A stretch of DNA of 64,000 nucleotides, from sequence record NZ_CP044066.1. One strand, 5' to 3'. The stretch comes from a plasmid. The notes under the pieces are model-generated. The model was not told the origin of the DNA and made no database searches. It worked only from the letters and a program-made list of their open reading frames with translations. The position numbers and the translations under genes are program-made. Below are positions 38,955 to 49,121 of this stretch, piece after piece (position 1 is the first letter of the stretch; every line of letters begins with the position of its first letter).

Positions 38955-40271
38955 TCACGTTGAGCTTCGCGCCGCAAACAGGAACCTCAACGCCAGCATT
39001 CCAATCGACGCGGAGATCAGCGAAGCGGCCAAGATGCCAACCTTCACCGAGCCTATCAGTTCGGGGCTAAACGACAGCCCCCCAATGAACAGCGCCATGG
39101 TAAATCCGATGCCAGCTAGCACGCTGCCTGCTGCCAGGATCGGCCAGGGAAGATCGTTTGGCCGATGGGCGAGCCCCAGTTCTACGAATAGTGCGCAGCA
39201 CACGACGATTCCTACGGGCTTGCCCACCACAAAGCTAAGGAAGATAGCGGTCGCGAGTGCGGGATCCACCGTAGCGGGAACGAAGGTAACGCCCGCGTTT
39301 GCTAACGCAAACACTGGCATGACAGCAAAAGCGATCCAGGGGTGAAGGGCGATTTCGAGCCGTTCGATAGGAGACATTGCTTCCCGAGTTGCCACTTCCG
39401 CACGTTGCAGGTCTCGTCGTCCCGCCGTATCGCCGCTCCAATGCCGCCCAGGGGGATAGGCGACTACCCTGTCGAGGATGGCGTGTAGGCGATCATCACT
39501 GACCCAGCTACGTGCAGGGGTCATCAATCCTAAGACTACGCCGGTCAAAGTGGCATGAATGCCTGACGCATCGACTGCGAGCCAGATTGCTACGCCGAGC
39601 ACAAAGTAGAACGGAAAGCTTCGAATCCCAACTTGCGCTGCTCCCAGAACAACCGCAAAACCGGATGACGCAAGAGCTAGTGGCAACCACTGCAAAGCGC
39701 CGCTATAGCTGACAGCGACCACGACGATCGCTGCAATATCGTCGAAGATGGCAAGAGCCAGCAGGAACAGTCGCAGGCTTTCGGGGATACGACGCCCGAG
39801 TAGGGCGAGGCAACCGATCACAAAAGCAGTGTCGGTGGACATCACTGTCCCCCACCCTCCCGCGCTAGGGTTGTCACCTACCAAGCCCAGAAAGATTGCC
39901 ACAGGAAATATCATTCCGCCGAAGGCGCCGGCCAGAGGCATCACCGCGATCCTGAGGTCGCGGAGCTCTCCGAGCACCATTTCTCGCTTCAACTCCAGCG
40001 CGACGACAAAGAAGAACAGAGTCATCAAGCCGTCATTGATCCAGTGCTGTATCGAGCGGGTGAATTCGAGATTCCCCAATGAGAAGCCAAAGCGCGTCTC
40101 CCAAAGTGAGAAATACTGAGAGGCCCATCCGGAGTTCGCTAGGGAAAGCGCAACGACAACGCAAACGAAGAGCACAGCCCCGGCCATCGCTTCAATGCGA
40201 AGAAAGCGCATGAATGGGCCGGTGAAGTGGTCTGCCAGCTCCCGCGGGAGGTGTCCAATATCTTCGTTCAT
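38955..40271 (-). CDS. nhaA: Na+/H+ antiporter NhaA
   Basis: 438 aa. 'FLRIEAMAGAVLFVCVVVALSLANSGWASQYFSLWETRF' and 'NDGLMTLFFFVVALELKREMVLGEL' are hallmark NhaA segments. Confidence 0.9.
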   Translation of the reverse strand: MNEDIGHLPRELADHFTGPFMRFLRIEAMAGAVLFVCVVVALSLANSGWASQYFSLWETRFGFSLGNLEFTRSIQHWINDGLMTLFFFVVALELKREMVLGELRDLRIAVMPLAGAFGGMIFPVAIFLGLVGDNPSAGGWGTVMSTDTAFVIGCLALLGRRIPESLRLFLLALAIFDDIAAIVVVAVSYSGALQWLPLALASSGFAVVLGAAQVGIRSFPFYFVLGVAIWLAVDASGIHATLTGVVLGLMTPARSWVSDDRLHAILDRVVAYPPGRHWSGDTAGRRDLQRAEVATREAMSPIERLEIALHPWIAFAVMPVFALANAGVTFVPATVDPALATAIFLSFVVGKPVGIVVCCALFVELGLAHRPNDLPWPILAAGSVLAGIGFTMALFIGGLSFSPELIGSVKVGILAASLISASIGMLALRFLFAARSST

Positions 40272-40883
40272 CCCTCTCTTCCGTTAAGGGTGCAGCGGAC
40301 CATGCCTGCTTCATCACCACGATGCGAAAAGCCGTCGCCGGGGTCGGCTTTCGCCGAGTCGCCGACGTGAGAACGAACGCGACCAGGATGTTTGATTGGT
40401 AACAGCGAACGATCGCTGACGCGGACATAGTTGCGACATTCGTGCCACCAAGCAGCGCACGACGAATGCACAGCCGTCATAGCCGAAGTGTTACTTCCTC
40501 GCGAGGCTCCGCGTATTTGGGGTCAGAAAAAGTGGGGGTATCACGCCGGTGGGCGAGGAGCGCCGTCTGCATCATCGGCAATCTAGGGTTGGCGCTTTCT
40601 TCATCCGCGTTGAGTCAAGGCGTGGACTGCGACGTTGTCTGGCGTCCGAACGTGACTTCTGAAATCACCCCTCATTTTGCGGTGCAGAGGGCGTGTGTGT
40701 GCTTGAGACACGAATGACGTCTGCTGAGGTTCCGTGATCGCAACGCGTCAGCCGCGAAATGCGCGGGAGGCGAAGAGGCCAAAACCGCCGCCGAAGCCAA
40801 AGGTTCCCGCAAGCCCCGCCGGTAATGCTCAGCGTCCTACTATGAACAAGGATGTGGCGAGTAAGAGATCGGCCTGACCCGTT

Positions 40884-41096
40884 TCAGGTCTTCGTGCGCC
40901 GTTTAGGCTTCAGAGTCTTGGGCGCGAGTACCGCGGTCCAGAATTTGGTCACCTGCGTAGCGGCTTCGGTAGCCGCTGTCACACTCTGACGTTTCGCCTC
41001 GGCAGTGATTCGCCCGCGCGCGCTACTCGAAACCCGATTGGCCTGGCTCAGCCACATACTCATAAAAGGGTTCTTCTTAATCCATGGATTTTTCAT
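40884..41096 (-). CDS. Hypothetical small basic protein (70 aa)
   Basis: ATG at 41096 preceded by 'tggagctctc'. 'MKNPWIKKNPFMSMWLSQANRVSSSARGRITAEAKRQSVTAATEAATQVTKFWTAVLAPK...'. Function unknown. Confidence 0.35.
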   Translation of the reverse strand: MKNPWIKKNPFMSMWLSQANRVSSSARGRITAEAKRQSVTAATEAATQVTKFWTAVLAPKTLKPKRRTKT

Positions 41097-41149
41097 GAGA
41101 GCTCCAGTACGGTCGTCGCTTTCGAAAATTTGATGGCGTCCGCCATCAG

Positions 41150-41449
41150 TTAGATGTTGGCTTTCTCGATCCCGCCGGCATCGGAAGGGCGGAGGCCACT
41201 AAGTGCGCTGGATAAGGTCTTGCCCTCGTGAGACCCTATGATGCCTCTCAACATGTCCGTTGCGGCCACGACCTCGCCCAGATCCTCCCCATTGCGTTCG
41301 AAGCGGAGCATTTCGTCGTACTCCTTGGCAATGCGCTTCGCTATTGACCGAACGAATCCCGGGTGCAGCTCGCCTTTGATTGACCCAGCGACAACATGCC
41401 GGGTCAACGTTGCAAGGCCCTCGAAGGTCGTTTCAGTCTTGATCGACAA
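41150..41449 (-). CDS. Hypothetical protein (TTG start)
   Basis: ORF only. TTG start and a poorly placed RBS. No family recognised. Confidence 0.2.
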   Translation of the reverse strand: MSIKTETTFEGLATLTRHVVAGSIKGELHPGFVRSIAKRIAKEYDEMLRFERNGEDLGEVVAATDMLRGIIGSHEGKTLSSALSGLRPSDAGGIEKANI

Positions 41450-42205
41450 ACTTTGTTCGATGATTCTCCCCTGGAGGCGACGGCCTCGTTCGCGGCGAAA
41501 TTCTCATGGTCTGCCAAGACTACCTGGCAGTAATTCGGCGAGTCGCAGCTGTCGCAGATCAATATCGGACGTTGACCGCATTGCCTACATCCCGAAATCA
41601 GATAATCTGGCTACGCGCTGCTTTGACCGGTGCATGCGAATGACAACTGCGAGTTGTGGTGGCCGATGTCCAGGCGATCCAATTTGCTCGCGACAAGCCT
41701 GACAGCGCGGCATAGTCTTCCATTCTGGTGATGGCTCCTAACGAGAAGGATGCCGGGATAATTAAGGTCTTCGCGGCGATCGCAGAACGGTGCCCACTTA
41801 TGACGACGGCCGGTTGGCCGTAGGTGTAGACCCTAGCGCAATGATCCCCTAGCGCAATGATCGTGCCGTGTGGGGTGCCTGACGGTCCAGACATTCCCTT
41901 AGAGCGTTCAGCGCATCGTGCTCAGCCCCCTGGCTCTGCGGGGAGCGGCGTGATTGTTATTCCCGCTAGGGCAGCGATTCCGAAGATACAGTCACGACAG
42001 GCAGCTCGTTCGACTGCGGTGTGCGGATATCGCAGACCTCCCCGATGGTGACCGTCCCGTCCAAACTGTACGTTTGCAGAAAGGTTCGGTACGTCCGGTT
42101 GACGATTGCAAAGATGGGTAGGCGCGTCGCGCGCCTCATTCGCTTGAGACGCCAGTACTTACGACTGAAATTGATGCCCATGTAGGACGCCAGCGGCTAC
42201 CGTCG

Positions 42206-42700
42206 TTGAAGAATTCGGAGAATGATCGAGCATCGTTTGCGGCGGCCTGCGCGCTACACCACCCTCTGCCGAACGGAACTCTGACGGAGGCTTCCATGAT
42301 GTTTCATCGATTCCTGATCGGATCAACGACCTCTGAGGCTGTGGTGGAGGTTCATCTCATTCAGTCTCTTCCGGCAGACTGGGACGTCCTAGTTCGGATA
42401 GAGACGGGCATCCAGGCTTTGCGCGAGACGCACCAAGCAATCCCTCCCTATCTGCTAGTGCACGATCGATCTTGGCAGCAAGTGGTTTTCCAATGCGAGA
42501 GAATGATCAAAAGGGTTCATCGTTTTTCTTATGATTCACTTCCCGATTTTCTAGACCAGCATATCCGGCACAATTTTCACGCGCACGATTTGCAGGCCTT
42601 GGGTTGCCGGGAACTTTTGAGTGAAAAGCCTGATCCGCCAGCCCCTTTGCGCCAGAAAGCAAGCATTAGGAACACGAGACGTAGCCGCCCGGTGGCATGA
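42206..42700 (+). CDS. Hypothetical protein with a possible degenerate receiver-like fold, upstream partner of the KaiC-like gene
   Basis: 'MMFHRFLIGSTTSEAVVEVHLIQSLPADWDVLVRIETGIQAL...PPYLLVHD' shows beta-alpha alternation like a receiver but lacks the acidic pocket. It ends 36 bp before the KaiC-like start. Confidence 0.35.
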   Translation: MKNSENDRASFAAACALHHPLPNGTLTEASMMFHRFLIGSTTSEAVVEVHLIQSLPADWDVLVRIETGIQALRETHQAIPPYLLVHDRSWQQVVFQCERMIKRVHRFSYDSLPDFLDQHIRHNFHAHDLQALGCRELLSEKPDPPAPLRQKASIRNTRRSRPVA

Positions 42701-42736
42701 ACGTTGCCTCTGGCAGGGGACCAGGGGAATCGAACC

Positions 42737-44212
42737 ATGACGCAATCCGATCGACTAGAAACAGGAATCCGCGGATTGGACACTATCCTCTGCGGAGGCC
42801 TCTTGCGCGGTGCATCGTTTATCGTCCAGGGGAGCCCCGGGGCTGGGAAAACGATACTCGCCAACCAAGTGGCCTTCTTCCAGGCACGGCAGGGAACTCG
42901 GGTCTTGTACGTGACTCTCCTCGCGGAATCCCACGACAGACTTCTTCGGTCACTTTCGGCGTTCGATTTCTACGATGCATCGATCGTCGACACGGAAATA
43001 CTCTATATCAGCTTGTCCAAGGTTCTCCGCGAAGCTGGATTGACCGGGCTCATCCGAGCGCTTCGCACCGAGCTCGTTCGTCAGCGCTGCACCATGCTGA
43101 TCCTGGACGGCTTTCTAATGGCAAAGGATGGCGGCGCGGCGGCGTCAGAGATCAAGACGTTTATCGCGGAGCTTCAGAGTCATGCCGCTCTCATCGGCAG
43201 CACCGTGCTTTTGCTCACTAGTGCGCAGACAGAAGCCGGAAGTTTCGAGCACACGATGGTCGATGGTGTGCTCCAACTCGAGGAAGAATTGGTTGGCATA
43301 CGCGGCGTACGTCTGATTCGCGTTGCAAAGTCTCGCGGCAGCGCATGTGTTGCCGGACTTCATCAGTTCTCCATTTCAAGCGGTGGCATCGAGGTCTTTC
43401 CTCGCCTTGAGGCGCTAGGTAGCACATCAAATGACGAGACGCACGGTATCGAAGAGCGGGTCGCAAGCGGAGTCCAGGGATTCGAAAAGATATCAGGCGG
43501 AGGACTTCTCGGTCCGTCCGTTACCCTCCTTATGGGTCCTCCGGGGAGTGGGAAGACGACATTTGGTCTGAACTTTGTTAGCACCGCTACGCCCGAGTAT
43601 CCAGCGCTGTTCTTCGGTTTTTATGAATCCCCGACACGACTCCGCATAAAGGCCCGGGAGCTTCGCCTCTCAATAGAAACACTTGAGCACGGTGGCGCGC
43701 TCCATGTCTACTGGAATCCGTTGCGCGAGAACCTGCTCGATTTCTTAGGGCACAGACTGCTCGACACCATCCGCACACATCGGATCCGGCGGTTGTTCAT
43801 CGACGGAATCGCGGGCTTCCAGCGCGCCGCGGTCCATCCTGCCCGCCAGATCGAGTTCTACTCCGCTCTTACGACCGAGCTGCGAGAGATGGGCACAACA
43901 ACCGTAGTTTCACTCGAAATGCGCGGCAGTTCTGGATCTGCTCATACGCCGCTGCCAGAGTACTCGAGCTTGATGGAAAACCTGGTGCATTTACGGCATG
44001 TCGTAATCGATGGCGAACTACGGCGCTCGTTTCACATCGTCAAGATGCGAGACAGCGTATTCGACAACGGGCTGCACGAAGTGCACATTGGGCAGGGAGG
44101 GTTGCGCATTGGCGGCCGGCTGGCGATTCCGCCCGATTGCCCTTTCGGGTGTCCTTTGGCCGCCGACTCCGGCCAGCCACTTAAATCCGGGCGCGAGCCA
44201 TGGCAACCGTAG
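42737..44212 (+). CDS. KaiC-like double-domain RecA-superfamily ATPase
   Basis: Two KaiC-type domains, each with a Walker A: 'GIRGLDTILCGGLLRGASFIVQGSPGAGKTILANQ' and 'QGFEKISGGGLLGPSVTLLMGPPGSGKTTFGLNF'. ATG at 42737 is preceded by a GGGGAA stretch. The track ORF extends to 42704. Confidence 0.85.
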   Translation: MTQSDRLETGIRGLDTILCGGLLRGASFIVQGSPGAGKTILANQVAFFQARQGTRVLYVTLLAESHDRLLRSLSAFDFYDASIVDTEILYISLSKVLREAGLTGLIRALRTELVRQRCTMLILDGFLMAKDGGAAASEIKTFIAELQSHAALIGSTVLLLTSAQTEAGSFEHTMVDGVLQLEEELVGIRGVRLIRVAKSRGSACVAGLHQFSISSGGIEVFPRLEALGSTSNDETHGIEERVASGVQGFEKISGGGLLGPSVTLLMGPPGSGKTTFGLNFVSTATPEYPALFFGFYESPTRLRIKARELRLSIETLEHGGALHVYWNPLRENLLDFLGHRLLDTIRTHRIRRLFIDGIAGFQRAAVHPARQIEFYSALTTELREMGTTTVVSLEMRGSSGSAHTPLPEYSSLMENLVHLRHVVIDGELRRSFHIVKMRDSVFDNGLHEVHIGQGGLRIGGRLAIPPDCPFGCPLAADSGQPLKSGREPWQP

Positions 44213-44565
44213 TCGTCGTCGACGATGAAACTATCAACGCCGATGCGTTGGCTGTCATGCTTGCATTGGAGGGCATCCGGACAATCACTGCAGCTGACGG
44301 CGCGGAGGGGCTGCGAATCATCGCGGCGGAAAAGCCCGACGCCGTCATTACCGACTTCATGATGCCAATCATGTCTGGGCTCGAGATGGCAAAGGCGATG
44401 CGCGCGGATTCTTTGCTCGCGAAAATACCGCTGGTCTTACTCACTGCCGCACAGGCGGAAATCGGATACCGTCACCCTGACCTATTTGATGCGGTGTTCA
44501 AGAAGCCTTGCGCCCCAGGCCACGTGATCGCGAGGCTTCTGGAGCTGATGGCGAGGTCCGCGTAG
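44200..44565 (+). CDS. Single-domain response regulator (CheY-like REC)
   Basis: 'MATVVVVDDETINADAL...PDAVITDFMMPIMSGLEMAKAM...KPCAP'. Its start overlaps the KaiC-like stop by 13 nt. Confidence 0.8.
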   Translation: MATVVVVDDETINADALAVMLALEGIRTITAADGAEGLRIIAAEKPDAVITDFMMPIMSGLEMAKAMRADSLLAKIPLVLLTAAQAEIGYRHPDLFDAVFKKPCAPGHVIARLLELMARSA

Positions 44566-44867
44566 TTGGTTTCCGGGGCGAGAAAGCGTCGATGCGTCGG
44601 CTACTATCGTCGAAGAGTGCCCCGGTGCTGCGAAGGGCGCCCGCCAACAGGCAAGCTATGTCCTCTCTATCTTCCTGGATTGTTCACTGCTGACTACTTC
44701 GTACGGGCCCTTTGACGAAGCGTACGCCCGTCATTGGCAGCCGAGGCGCGTCGAAGACGCGTGGGCTTGTGTAGGAGGCGCTTTCAGTATATAAATTTAT
44801 CCATAAAACTACGACCTGCGAGAAAGCGGCTTCCTCCAGAGCCAGCACCCCTCAGGACCCTCGCTAC

Positions 44868-45782
44868 ATGGATAGTTTGTGGCTAACCGATCCAGGCCGC
44901 GCTTATTCTGACTGGCAGCACCGTGAAGCCGCCGGCGCGGATCGGCGACCATTCTCGGAGCGTTCAATCGTCCAACATCGTGCAATGTTTGATCGGTTTT
45001 ACCGTCACCTTTTGCGGCATGGAGCAACACTATCCAGCTTTGGCCCCGAGCTTCTGGACGGGTTCTGGCTAAACAAAGATGTCGCGGACCACAGCTTGTC
45101 CACGCGCATGCGTTATCTCAAGCTGGTAGACCGTCTGTGCCGGCAGTTGATGCTTGCCGGCGTGCGCACGAGCAACCCTGCCGCAGAACTGGTTCTGCGC
45201 ATGCAGTGGCCGCAGGACGACCCGCCGCTGCATTTCCTGCCCAAGGACGTCGAACTGCGACTGCAGGCCTTTACGCAGCCGGTCGCAGGCGATGACCTTG
45301 TGGCAACTCGATGTCGCGCGATCGTGGCAATGTTTCTCGGTACCGGCGTGACGGCACGAGAAGGCCGGCATGCCCTCATGCATGACTTGCATCTTCGTGG
45401 GCGTTCGCCCTATTTGCACATACCCGCGAAGCGGCCCCGCATTGCTCGAACTGTGCCCGTCGAGCCGTTTGCCATCGCCCCCCTCTCACGGTGGCTGAAA
45501 ATTCGCGGGAGGCTGGCAGTTCAAGGCGAACTCCTATTTACTCTTCGGCAACTGGGTACCCCCGTCACTGACATGAGTTTGGGGAATATTATCCGCACGG
45601 CTTTCGTCAGTATCGGCCACACGGCGGCGGAAATGGGGCCACAGATTCTTCGAAACACGTACAGCCGACGGCTGCTTTCAGAAGGCCTTGCACCCCCGGA
45701 AGTCTCGCTGCGGTTGGGGCTGACCAGTCGCCGTACGGTCGATAGGATTTGCGCAACACTTCCTAGACCACGAAGCGATTAG
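44868..45782 (+). CDS. Tyrosine recombinase/integrase-like protein, probably degenerate
   Basis: The C-terminal 'GPQILRNTYSRRLLSEGLAPPEVSLRLGLTSRRTVDRI' aligns with the integrase box II 'HDLRHTFAT.L...G.....IQ.LLGHSS..TT..Y', but the conserved His and Tyr context is altered. Confidence 0.45.
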   Translation: MDSLWLTDPGRAYSDWQHREAAGADRRPFSERSIVQHRAMFDRFYRHLLRHGATLSSFGPELLDGFWLNKDVADHSLSTRMRYLKLVDRLCRQLMLAGVRTSNPAAELVLRMQWPQDDPPLHFLPKDVELRLQAFTQPVAGDDLVATRCRAIVAMFLGTGVTAREGRHALMHDLHLRGRSPYLHIPAKRPRIARTVPVEPFAIAPLSRWLKIRGRLAVQGELLFTLRQLGTPVTDMSLGNIIRTAFVSIGHTAAEMGPQILRNTYSRRLLSEGLAPPEVSLRLGLTSRRTVDRICATLPRPRSD

Positions 45783-46012
45783 TCGTCAGATGCGTCTCAA
45801 GGAAAAGGCGGCGCTGCTGCAGCGCTTGACCTGCGCGCAAATACCCGTTTGGGTTAGACGTAACGTCAGTCGTCGCACTACGGTGAGCCGTAAGTGAGTA
45901 CTGAACAACGGTACTTTAAGCTGACATTGTGGACAGTGGACGGGTCCCCGTTTGCACATAGACTCAAGTGCCCCTCCCGCTTTTGGAGGGTTTATCCAGT
46001 CTAAATCGGTTG

Positions 46013-46040
46013 CCCGTCTTCGGACGGGCTTTTTTTTGCG
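46013..46040 (+). terminator. Rho-independent terminator-like hairpin (gcccgtc-ttcg-gacgggc + T8)
   Basis: 'gcccgtcttcggacgggcttttttttgc' is seen directly. A second hairpin 'ccctcccgcttttggaggg' lies about 35 bp upstream. It sits between the convergent integrase-like and resolvase-like genes. Confidence 0.65.
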
Positions 46041-46056
46041 GGTCAAGAGTTCTTAC

Positions 46057-46686
46057 TTACCGTCGCTGGGACTCAACGGTATCGGTCAGTTTCTCATCCC
46101 TGATACGCATGATCGTCTGCCGAGATACGCAGAACGATCGAGCGATCTCGGTAACAGATGCGCCTGTTCGAAGCGATGCGAGGATATCGGTACGCGCCGA
46201 GGCAGAGAGGGTGGGCTTGCGGCCGAGGCGACGTCCAAGCTCCGTAGATGCCGTGGCGCTCTCCTTCATGCGCAAGCTGCGAGTCTGGTAGTCAAGTTGA
46301 CTGACTGCCGCCAATGTAAGCATGGCCGGCGAACAAGCAGATGTCAGGAGATCGCCACCACCCAGCTCTATACATTGGGCGCTCGCACCAAGTGCCTTAA
46401 AACGTTCAAGTGTCTCCAGCACGTCCCGGACATTGCGCCCAAGACTCGCCAACTTCAGCGTGAAAATGGTGTCGCCTGCGCGAATGCGCCGCAGCATACT
46501 TTGCATTCCGGGCCTTTCGAGTGCGGAGCGCGATTGAGACTCACGCTCACACCACGCACGCCGCAGATCTACCACGATGCCCGCCGCGTCGAACGCACGG
46601 ATCTCCTCCTCGAATTCCTCGAGGGTGGCGGCACCATTTGTGTAGAAGTAGTTCGCACTCATGGGATCTCCGAGCGGACCATGCAT
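46057..46686 (-). pseudogene. Serine-recombinase (resolvase/invertase) homolog that has lost catalytic Ser/Arg in its N-terminal motif
   Basis: 'ERPGMQSMLRRIRAGDTIFTLKLASLGRNVRDVLETLERFKALGASAQCIELGG...' and the C-terminal HTH 'GASVTEIARSFCVSRQTIMRIRDE' match the resolvase family. The N-terminus reads 'YFYTNGAATLEEF' where 'GYARVSTxxQ' is expected. Confidence 0.5.
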
Positions 46687-47950
46687 GGCCCGCTCTCTGA
46701 ATCATACTATCTTGCGTATCTCGCATGCTACAGGAGTGGGCCCTCCTTGCAGGGGGCGCAGATGACCTCATGTCAATCGATTAGGAAGGTCCTTGCTGCT
46801 ACCAAGTAGACGGGAGTGGACCGCAGGGTCCCAAGAAGCGTTGTTGATCAACGTGAGGGGAAGACCGCGCCGAAACTCATACTCCTTGCGTAGGGATCAG
46901 CAAGAGAAGACGCGAAAAATTCTGAAGTCGGCCACCCCGCCTACGGGCGGCGGCGGGAACGCATAGCTTCAACACGGATCCCAAATCGCCGTTGCTGTGC
47001 GATTGTTATCGCCAAGCCAGCGCATTAGGAATAAACCCATTCAATCGATTCTCGATGTGAACCAATAATACGTGCCAGTAGGTGCGATCGAGCTGTAGGA
47101 CGCGCTACATCAACCGCCGCAGAGGTTGCGGCTTCACGCGTTGTCGTGGCTTAAGTCCAAGCAGGAAAAATTTGAGTGCACATGCCTCGCCGAAGCCACG
47201 GATATATGTATATCAACAGGCCATATGTCCCTCTCTAACATCACCTGACGCATTTCCTCCTTTCTCGCGGACTCCATCCAACTAATTCCCAGTCATCTTG
47301 AATTTAGTGCACTCCTAATCGACGCATGGTTCGTGCCCCTCGTCTTTCGGTGCTACGGATCCATCCGAGGAACCTTGCACCTGATCCGTCCCCGGAACTG
47401 CGCAGACTTGTAACGCCCAGTCGCTGGACTCTGGTTCTATCCCACGACTCTTACATTGCAAGCAAGCCTAGGCGGCCGCCGCGATGTGCTGGAACCTCGA
47501 GCAGCCAAGTAAGAACCCCCGATGGTTGGCCCTCGTTGCGCTCCAATCAAACGATGTGACCGAACTAATCTCTCATAGCGTCGCGAAGAAACATGCCAGA
47601 TCCGATTCCAGTTGTCGTGCTGGGATGACTGGCCAGGGACGTGCAGATCAGAAGTCTAAAACTCAGCGCCGCAGTGCTCAAAGACGCCCTACCCCGCGCG
47701 GTCACCACCGCCGAGAACATGCGAATACGAGCCATGATGTACATACGACTGATCAACAAGCAGCTGGCAAGGATGTCTCTTAAGGCCAAGGCCATAGGCT
47801 GCTGAGGATCGGTTCTGTCTCCGTATGTTAATCACGGCTCGTGCTATCAGTACCCCGCGCTATTCGTGGCAACGGTCTACCGATCTACCGGGCGACGGGC
47901 ATGCAACGCTCCCGCGGAGCCGCCTAGCTTGATAAGGCAGGTCACAGCCA

Positions 47951-48865
47951 TCACGCCGGCAGCGTGGCGTCCCGGTGCCGGAACGCGGCTTGCCGGACGC
48001 AGTGGATGAAGTAGTCGGACGGTGCGCTCAGGATCGCGCCTTCACGTTGCAGCAAAGCCATCTGCAGCGTGGGTGGGTCCTCCGGCAGATTCAATTGGAC
48101 CAACTGAGAGTCGGGGTCGAGAATCAGCACGTGCCGCGTCAGCGCCATCACGGTGTCAACGTTGAGCAGCAACTTGCTCGTCAGCAGGTTCGAGGTGCAA
48201 CGCGTGATGCGGCGGGGCGGCGGCAGGCCATAGCGCGCGAACGCCGCTTCGAGATAGCGCGGAAACTGTTCCGTACCATCGGCGTGCAGCCATTCGGCAT
48301 CCTGCAGCTCGGCGAAGCTGGTCGCGCTGGCATGACGGCTGCCCCGGCGCGTCGCGAAGGCGGTCGGAAACGATAACAGCGGCTCGCAGGTCACGAAGGC
48401 ATCGGCCGGCGGTGCGCCCGGTATCGCCGCCAAAGCGAAGTCCAGGCGGCTATTGCGAAGGTTGTCGAGCAACTTCGGCAGGTTCCACTCGCGGAACTCG
48501 ACGGCCACCTCAGGCATAGCCGAGCGAAACGGCACAAACGCCTCCGCAATTAGCGTAGCACCAGCTAGCGGCGATAGACCGATGCGCAATTGTCCGCCCA
48601 CCACGCCGCGCAACTCCGCCATATCTGCCTCGGCGCGCTCGAACTCATGCACGATCAGACGCGCGCGCGTCAGCAGTCGGCGGCCCTCGTCGGTAATCGA
48701 TACCCCCCACGAGTTGCGAGTGATCAATGACACCCCAACTTCGGATTCCAGCTCGCGCATGGTACGCGTGACGGCAGGCTGACTCACGCACAGGGTTCGC
48801 GCGGCCGCATTGATGCTGCCTTGTTCGGCGATGGCGGTGAGGGCCCGCAAATGGTGCAACTTCAT
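47951..48865 (-). CDS. LysR-family transcriptional regulator
   Basis: 'MKLHHLRALTAIAEQGSINAAARTLCVSQPAVTRTMRELESEVGVSLITR' is a LysR HTH, followed by a LysR substrate-binding domain. It is divergent from the M20 peptidase gene. Confidence 0.9.
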   Translation of the reverse strand: MKLHHLRALTAIAEQGSINAAARTLCVSQPAVTRTMRELESEVGVSLITRNSWGVSITDEGRRLLTRARLIVHEFERAEADMAELRGVVGGQLRIGLSPLAGATLIAEAFVPFRSAMPEVAVEFREWNLPKLLDNLRNSRLDFALAAIPGAPPADAFVTCEPLLSFPTAFATRRGSRHASATSFAELQDAEWLHADGTEQFPRYLEAAFARYGLPPPRRITRCTSNLLTSKLLLNVDTVMALTRHVLILDPDSQLVQLNLPEDPPTLQMALLQREGAILSAPSDYFIHCVRQAAFRHRDATLPA

Positions 48866-49121
48866 GTCTACACGGCTCTAGGTAGGGGCGACGATCACGC
48901 GCTCGCGACGCTATAACGCATCGTTATCCACATCCGGATTTATGCGTACTCGCCTGCTAGTTATTTTCATAGCATGACGTCTTTGTATCAACGGCGTTAC
49001 AACGTGTGAAACGCGAGCGAGATACTACCGCGCCCCTGTGGCCGACAGCAACGCATTCCAGGTGTCCGCGCTTACCGGTCGATCGCTTGCAGACACCCCG
49101 TATTCATCAAGAGGAGAAGTC

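Noticed and set aside
45952-46809. 285-aa + strand ORF covering the resolvase-like gene
   Set aside because: It is antisense to resolvase homology and has no domain signal.
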